Shown: in pieces, positions 55,314-64,000 of the stretch
Layout of the letters: each line of letters opens with the position of its first letter
Numbering within the stretch: the stretch's first letter is position 1
Assembly (NCBI GenBank): GCA_951406725.2
Contig: OX597839.1
Coordinates: forward strand, 7,874,001-7,938,000
Length of the DNA stretch: 64,000 nt
Source: Octopus vulgaris
Lineage: Eukaryota
Direction: 5' to 3'
Notes under the pieces: model-generated
The model's input: only the letters and a program-made list of their open reading frames with translations
The model's database searches: none
Told to the model about the DNA's origin: nothing
Program-made: the position numbers and the translations under genes

Positions 55314-55636
55314 TTATTATATCAGCAAATCAGTGACGGCAGTTAAAACCAACAAAGAAAGAACATAAAACAATAAAAATACAAGGTTAAGTCAAATATA
55401 CGAACTCTTTTTTAAGTAGTTTATTACAACAAAGGTTGTTACATCACTTCTGACACAGTCTCTTTGTGTTACGTTGCTCTTCTTCCAGAAAGACGTTCGG
55501 TTCATACGATTTAATCTATAAGAAGTGTGGAACATTTCATAAGCAGTGTTTAGTAAATTATGTTTAAAGTGTTTTTACAGCCGTCTCCTTCAACCCAGAA
55601 TTTTAAAAAAAATTGTTGTATGGTCAGCTTATTGGA

Positions 55637-56048
55637 TACTCTTTTACTCTTTTACTTGTTTCAGTCATTTGACTGCGGCCATGCTGGAGCACCGCCTTTA
55701 GTCGAGCAACTCGACCCCCGGGACTTATTCTTTTGTAAGCCCAGTACTTATTCTATCGGTCTCTTTTGCCGAACCGCTAAGTAACGGGGACGTAAACACA
55801 CCAGCATCAGTTGTCAAGCAATGCTAGGGGGGACAAACACAGACACACAAACATAGACACGCATACATATATATACATATATACGACGGGCTTCTTTCAG
55901 TTTCCGTCTACCAAATCCACTCACAAGGCTTTGGTCGGCCCGAGGCTATATATAGAAGACACTTGCCCAAGGTGCCACGCAATGGGACTGAACCCGGAAC
56001 CATGTGGTTGGTAGACAAGCTACTTACCACACAGCCACGCCTGCGCCT
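55637..56048 (-). mobile_element. SINE family A, full length
   Basis: Reverse-complement homology. Confidence 0.93.
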
Positions 56049-56209
56049 ATGTAGAGAAATGAAATATTAAAATCATAATTATCGAGGACAGTTATAGCTG
56101 TTACTTCTTAAAAAACAGAGATCCCAAACCTTCTGGTATGCACATCGTATATATGCTAGCCTCTACAGAGATTGAAAAATTACCTTCAAATGCAAATACA
56201 CACACACAC

Positions 56210-56240
<31 letters not shown>

Positions 56241-56529
56241 TGTATGTATGTATGTATGTATGTATGTATGTATGTATGTATGTATTTATGTATGTATGTA
56301 TTTATGTATGTATGTATGTATGTATGTAAGCCCAGTTACAACTACAGCCGGCTATTATCTGTAAAGGTTTTAGTTGCCAATTTTGTACAAGACATTGTAG
56401 ATCTTTAGCTGGGCTAAAAAGTCACATTCGATCACAGCACCAGTAACAGTTAAGCTTCGTGCAATGGCCAAACTCGATAACGAGGGGGGCAGCTTTAATA
56501 ATGTATGTATGTATGTATGTATGTATGTA

Positions 56530-56700
56530 TTCTTTTGTTCTTTCACTTGTTTCAGCCATTTGACTGAAACCCCACCCCCTACCGGAGCCTTGTGGAGCTT
56601 CAGGTATTTTCGCTCAATAAAGACTCACAACGCCCGGTCTGGGAATCGAAACCGTGATCCTCCGACCGCTAGTCCGCTGCCCTAACCACTGGGCCATTGC
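56530..56700 (-). mobile_element. Chimera: SINE D head joined to the extreme SINE A tail
   Basis: D head ~56569-56700 followed on minus by CAGTCAAATGGCTGAAACAAGTGAAAGAA. Confidence 0.7.
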
Positions 56701-56757
56701 ATATGTGTGTATGTGCGTATATTTGTGTGTATGCATGTATGTGTTTATATATGCCTA

Positions 56758-56823
<66 letters not shown>

Positions 56824-56857
56824 ACTATCTGTCTGTTATCTATCTATCTTTCTATAT

Positions 56858-56910
<53 letters not shown>

Positions 56911-57833
56911 CATTTATACAGAAATGGAACTGATTCTTTTCACTTTTACTAGTTGTTGGAGGAGGGAGAGAATGAAGAGGGGAAGGACGGGAGAAGTAGG
57001 AGGAAGACGAGGAGGACGACGACGAGAGGAGAGGGTGATGAAAGGTGGTGCGCGTGCGGCTGGGCGGTAGAGGTGGTGGTGGAGGAATACGATGAGGAGG
57101 AGAAGGAGGTGGTGGTGGAAGAGGAGAAGGAGGAGGTGAGGAGGCAGAGAGGAGGAGGAGGAAGAAGAAGGGAAGGAGGAGGAGCTGATAATGTTGATGG
57201 CACATGTTGGTATTGGTGGAAGTGGGTACGGTACAGAGAGTGGTGGTGTCGATGGTGATGGTAGCGGAGGTAGTTTTACTGGTGATGAATTTATTGTTGG
57301 TTACATAGCCCATGGGGGTATTCATTAATGGTGGCAGTGGTTGTGGTAGAGGTTAGTAATGCGGTTGTGGTAGTGGTATGGAAACTTCGGGTAGCGATGT
57401 TGGGTGATGGTGGGAGTAGTGCTTTTGAAGGTACTGGTGGGGATGATGGTACATAATGGTGGTGGTGCTGGTGGTGCTGGTAGTGGTCTTTATGGTGAAG
57501 CTGATGGTAGTGTTTGTCTGTGCTACTGTTAGTGGTATTGGTGGTTAAGGTAATAATGTTATCGTGTTCAATGTGCTAGTGATGACGTTACTTCCAATGG
57601 TAATGTAGGCGTTGTTGTAGTTGTTGGCAGTGGTGGTGATGGAAGTGGTGGTGGTGGCGGTGCTGGTGCTGGTGGCGGTGGTTGTGGCGATGGTGGTGGC
57701 GACGGTGGAAGCAAAATCAATATTTATAATTAAACATTAATTTAATCTTTTTTTTAAAGCCTTGAAGATTTCAATGAAGTATTTATGAAATTTGCAATTT
57801 CTGAAAGAATTATATTTAAAATTTTTAAATCAC

Positions 57834-57920
<87 letters not shown>

Positions 57921-58331
57921 TTGTATGTATGTACTTTTTAAACTTTATTTCATAATAGAAAATAAAAGAACAGAAAAGAAAGAAAGAAAGACAGAAAGGC
58001 AATGATTGAATAAATGAAAGAACGACAGAAAGACAGAAAGGAAATACAGAACAGAAGAAGGAATAATAGAGGAGGAAACGAAAGTTGGGTTTTCTGATTT
58101 TAAAAAGATTTTTCCTGATGGTTTTTCTTCTCATTTTTACTAATTTCTTTTTGTAATTTTCCGTAAAATATGCGAAATACTATTAAACTTTGAAAATTTT
58201 ATTTCCATCGTCTTCTTCAGTAGATTTTGCTATATTTATATCTATCTGTCTTATCTTTCTATCTCTTTATCTACCGATTTGTCTGTGGATTTCTTTTAGC
58301 ATTTATGTATATCATTCTATTATACAGTAGA

Positions 58332-58383
<52 letters not shown>

Positions 58384-58385
<2 letters not shown>

Positions 58386-58530
58386 CTCAAAATTAATCAG
58401 CCGAAATTGCGAAAATGATCCGGTTTTTAACTGAAGATCGAAGGCTTCGAATGTCCCGTCCGTTTTTTTTTTTGTATCGTCTTCTAAATGTTTTGCGTTC
58501 TTGTCCCAGTTTGTGTTTTTTTACATTTAT

Positions 58531-58532
<2 letters not shown>
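58384..58532. mobile_element. TA-embedded 150-bp island of unknown family
   Basis: Flanked by (TA)n; contains CTGAAGA followed by hairpin TCGAA-GGC-TTCGA. Confidence 0.5.
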
Positions 58533-58571
<39 letters not shown>

Positions 58572-58774
58572 AAAGTTAATCCAAACAAGAAAACAAAAAG
58601 AGAACAACGCAAGGATGTGGAACAAATAAAGTATTATTGGACGCTCAGGAAAGAAGTGAAGAAGGAGGGTTTAACGTTTCGAGCGGAGCTCTTCGTCGGA
58701 AACAAGGAGAAGGAAAGATCCCGAGACGGGAGGACAGAGGAAAAAAAATTGCCGGTGGTATTCAGGAGGTCACA
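58572..58774 (-). mobile_element. H1a mini-element in (TA)n, hammerhead at 58669-58703
   Basis: Inverted near-copy of 61002-61206; TA arrays on both sides. Confidence 0.85.
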
Positions 58775-59288
58775 TACTATATATATATATATAGTTATAT
58801 CACCCCATCGTTCTCTACCGCTTTCTCTATATCTGTGTGTGTGTGTGTGAGTGTGTTTATATGCATGAATGTATGTATGTATGTATAAATAAATCAGGTA
58901 ATCGTTGCAAGCCTCAATAGGATAAGAGAGAGAGCTAATACTACCGAATAAGCAAATTCAGTTATATAGTTTTCTTATAACATGGTCAGATGTTACGACA
59001 TTCGTCTCAGCAGAGAAGAAATACAGTTGCCTGACGAGAGATATGAGATATATATTTGTCTACGTTGGAGAGAAATTCTAAAAACAATTAAATAGAAAAT
59101 TACACCTGTAATTTGATGCACAAGTCACCAAAATGTTTCCTGTTGACTTATGTAACTACTGCTGGAGGACAGAGATTAAATGTATGCTCTACATCATGAA
59201 TTGAGTACAATATTTCTTCTTAGAACCACCAAACTCAAACACACACGCATAGATATATATATATCTATATGCATATAGATATGTATAT

Positions 59289-59683
59289 AGACGCGGGAGT
59301 TACTGTGTGGTAAGGAGCTTGCTTCCCAACCACAAGGTTCCGGGTTCAGTCCCACTGCGTCGCAACTTGGACAATTATCTTCTACTATAGCCTAGAGCCG
59401 ACCAAAGCCTTGTGAGTGGATTTGGGAGTTGTAAAACGCAAGGAGCCTGTCGTATATATATGTACGTATTTATGTGTCTGTGTTTTCCCCCACCATCGCT
59501 TGACAACCGATGGTGGTCTGTTCATGTCCTCGTAATTAATCGGTTCAGGAAAAGAGAACGATAGAATAAGTACGTGGCTTAGAAAGAATAAGTCTTGGGG
59601 TCGATTTGTTCGACTAAAGGTGGTCCTCCAGCATGGCCGCAGTCAAATGACTGAAATAAGAAAAAGAAAAAGAATAAAAGAAT
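59289..59683 (+). mobile_element. SINE family A, diverged full length
   Basis: Homology to A copies. Confidence 0.88.
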
Positions 59684-59695
59684 ATATGTATACGT

Positions 59696-60373
<678 letters not shown>

Positions 60374-60432
60374 TGTATGTATGTATAGATAGATAGATAG
60401 ATAGATAGACAGAGACAGACAGAAAGACTGAC

Positions 60433-60521
<89 letters not shown>

Positions 60522-60579
60522 TATATATAAACTTGCTTAGAAATGGATACGTGACATTCAATCATACAATAATATAAAG

Positions 60580-60636
<57 letters not shown>

Positions 60637-60694
60637 ATGCATATATGCATACATACATATATATGTATGTATGTATGTGTATATATATATATAT

Positions 60695-60909
60695 GGGTAC
60701 AGGACGTCACAGGACGTAAACAACATGAAATACGAACACAAACATGGGTATGTGAACAACGAAACAAAAGGAAAACAAGACAAGTGACATAAAGAACGAC
60801 CCTTCATCACTTGTAGGCTGTCTATCTATTCCTCATTTCAATAGACAACCGACAACTGATGAAGACTCGTTTTTCATGTTACTTGTCTTTTTTTCCATTT
60901 GTTTCTCTC

Positions 60910-60910
<1 letters not shown>
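60695..60910. mobile_element. TA-embedded island with a diverged ~65-bp fold-back
   Basis: Arms 60761-60825 and 60841-60905 are imperfect reverse complements; CTGATGA at 60856-60862. Confidence 0.7.
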
Positions 60911-60945
<35 letters not shown>

Positions 60946-61001
60946 TGTATGTATGTATGTATGTATGTATGTATGTATGTATGTATGTATATGTGTGTAT
61001 A

Positions 61002-61206
61002 TGTGACCTCGTGAACACCGCCAGCAATTTTTTTCCCCTGTCTTCCCTTCTCGGGATCTTTCCTTCTCCTTTGTTTCCGACGAAGAGCTCCGCTCGAAAC
61101 GTTAAACCCTCCTTCTTCCCTTCTTTCCTGAGCGTCCAATAATACTTTATTTGTTCCACGTCCCCACGTTGCTGTGTTTTTTTGTGTTTTCTTGTTTGGA
61201 TGAACT
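61002..61206 (+). mobile_element. H1a mini-element between microsatellites
   Basis: Near-copy (inverted) of 58572-58774. Confidence 0.85.
61073..61107 (+). ncRNA. Minimal type-I hammerhead (U4C variant, GUU site)
   Basis: GTTT-CCGACGA-A-GAGC(TCC)GCTC-GAA-ACGT-T-AAAC; identical in both H1a copies while flanks differ. Confidence 0.68.
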
Positions 61207-61232
61207 AACTAACTATATATATATATACATAC

Positions 61233-61383
<151 letters not shown>

Positions 61384-62198
61384 TGCAATCCTAGTAGGCA
61401 CTTGCAATCCTTCCCGCTCTTTTTTTTTAAAAAACAAATAAGCTTAATTTGTAGTATCATCTCGTCGTTTCATCACTAAAAGTTGGTTGTAACACATAAA
61501 TTAATACACTTCTAACATTAATATGAATGTATGTGTATATTTAGATATAGCAGTGTGTGCGTGTGTATGTGTGTGTCTGTGTATCTGTGTGTATGTATGA
61601 GTGTGTGTGCATTTGACATGTTATAACATAAACTAAAAAGAATCCAATCCTGATAACATCATCACAGCTGCAATAACTTATACAACAATGAACACTACAT
61701 AAAAAAACCCAATGCAGGTGTTCAGGCCACGACTGCAATGTACGAAGATTTTTCTCTTTTTATTTTGCTTAAATTTTTCATTTTTCTTTCTTTCTTCTTT
61801 GTGTTAACATCCCTGCCGCTATTTTCTTTTACGCCATTTTTTTAAAATTTTCATTTTAAATTTTGCTCAATTTATTTGTGTATGTTCAAGTTATTTCCCT
61901 TGATTCGTTATTTGCTTTCTTTTGTTATGTTTTGTTTACTTCCTTTTATTTCATGTTTTCCTTCCTTTACGTACTTTTTTCTTTTCTATTGCTTCTCTTC
62001 TTTCATTCTCTTTTGATTGTTAATTTTTGACTTTTGTATATTTTTGCTTGTTTTATATTCGTTATTTTACATGTGTAGTTGCTACATATATTTTGTTTTG
62101 TGTAAGTTTTTGAAAATTTTCCGTTTATCTGCAAATTTTTTTTATTGTTTTAGCCTTTCATTTTTGTGCTTTTGATTGTAGCGTTTTTGAAAGTTTCG

Positions 62199-62263
<65 letters not shown>

Positions 62264-62575
62264 CTTAATTATTATCATTGTTATTATTTTTATTTTTATT
62301 ACCACCACTACTATTATTATTATTTATTATTATTATTACTACCATTAATATTACTATCATTATTATTATTATTATTATTATTATCATTATTATTATTATT
62401 ATTATAATCATCATCATCATTTTTATTATCATTAAAATTATTATTATTATTATTATTATTATTGTTGTTATTATTTTTAATTTTATTACTACCACTACTA
62501 TTATTATTATTATTTACTATTATCATTACTATTATTATTATCATTAAAATTATCATAAAAATTATTATTATTATC

Positions 62576-62620
<45 letters not shown>

Positions 62621-62662
62621 ATTATTATTATTATTATTATTATTATTATCATTATTATTATT
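62199..62662. repeat. (ATT)n array with an internal ~184-bp duplication
   Basis: ACCACTACTATTATTATTATT(A)TTTA block occurs twice. Confidence 0.85.
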
Positions 62663-62985
62663 TGCTATGTTGACCAATGTACTTTGTTTTTCTTTTATCT
62701 GTCCATGTATCATAAAATACCAAATATAATAGACACACCCCACCCAAATCTGGTTCGGAATTGACACATCTAATAATTCAAGGTATTAGGTAACAATATC
62801 TTATTTCCACATCCACTTTTACTTCCAAAAATTTCACAATGATGTAACAGAGCCTTGATAATTAGTAAATATCGCATAGCAAGTTGTATAATAAAATCCT
62901 TTGTATCTTTGCAATCATGATATAAATGAACAAATAAATACAAATATAATATCATATGTTATGATATGATATAATATTATATAAT

Positions 62986-63403
62986 AGGCGTAGGAGTGGC
63001 CGTGTGGTAAGTAGCTTGCTTACGAACCACATGGATCCGGGTTCAGTCGCACTGCGTGGCACCTTGGGCAAGTGTCTTCTACTATACCCTCGGGCCGACT
63101 AAAGCCTTGTGAGTGGATTTGGTAGACGGAAACTGAAAGAAGCCCGTCGTGTATATGTATATATATGTATGTGTGTGTATGTGTTTGTGTGTCTATGTTT
63201 GTCCCCCCAACATCGCTTGACAACCGATGCTGGTGTGTTTACGTCCCCGTAGCCTAGCGGTTCGGCAAAGGAGACTGATAGATAGAGTACTAGGCTTCCA
63301 AAGAATAAGTCCTGGGGTCGATTTGCTCGACTAAAGGCGGTGCTCCAGCATGGCTACAGTCAAATGACTGAAACAAATAAAAGAGCAAAAGTGTAAAAAG
63401 AGT
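62986..63403 (+). mobile_element. SINE family A, full length (isolated head also at 63470-63527)
   Basis: A/B boxes, internal microsatellite, tail. Confidence 0.93.
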
Positions 63404-64000
63404 AATATTATGCAATATAACACATCAAATATATATATATATATACATATAGATTATATTTTGGCACATAGGCGTAGGAGTGGCTGTGTGGTAAGTAGCT
63501 TCCTTACCAACCACATGGTTCCGGGTTTTACTTTATCTTCTCTTTTATTTTATCTATCTCTCTCTTTCTCTCTCTATCTCTTTCTTTCTCTTTTCCTCTC
63601 TCTCTCTCTCTCTCTCTCGCTCTTTCTGGTTTATACCTTTAATTCAAATTCTCACCATTGTCCACATTGTGTCACGCCAAATAAGCCTATATATTACGTT
63701 AAATTACACGAGTCTGCTGAATACTCAGCCATATACAAGTTCATTTAAATAACATCCCAGCAACTGAATGCTCATCGTCGACAAGGACGAAGAACCCATC
63801 ATATTTACACCTACACATATATTTACGAAACATACCGTGCAGTTTCATTTATGTAATCCTGACGTCATCGCCCGAATTTTAATATGTCGTTCCAGCAATC
63901 TTTGCTAATCTAAAAATTGATTGAAATTTTGGAATTTATATAACAAAAAAACAAATTATACAAAAATAATATCAAAAAATTACACATTTATATAATTTTC

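Noticed and set aside
59030-59085. CTGACGAG motif (also CTGACGAAG at ~54640 and CTGATGAG at ~25215)
   Set aside because: No stem II closure followed by GAAA and NUH

Overview
Eukaryotic, very AT-rich, repeat-saturated non-coding DNA (intergenic or intronic). The SINE families and microsatellite density resemble octopus (coleoid cephalopod) genomes; this is an inference, not a database result. I can support no intact protein-coding gene, and most ORFs in the track are microsatellite read-throughs. The window holds three tRNA-derived SINE families (A, B, D) with tandem arrays, chimeras and tail swaps; decayed R4/Dong and RTE-type LINE fragments; a decayed mariner; piggyBac-like and Tigger-like MITEs; and large di-, tri- and tetranucleotide arrays. 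The most notable signal is a set of short (about 140-500 bp) non-coding islands inserted into or beside (TA)n/(GATA)n microsatellites. They belong to several families with little shared sequence, yet carry type-I hammerhead-ribozyme folds with palindromic stem III, compensatory stem changes and core variants (U4C, U3-A8, extra A after A9). One shows a 27-bp terminal redundancy and several are fold-backs. Together they look like a microsatellite-targeted retrozyme or Penelope-pLTR-like system. Ribozyme activity is inferred from manual folding only.
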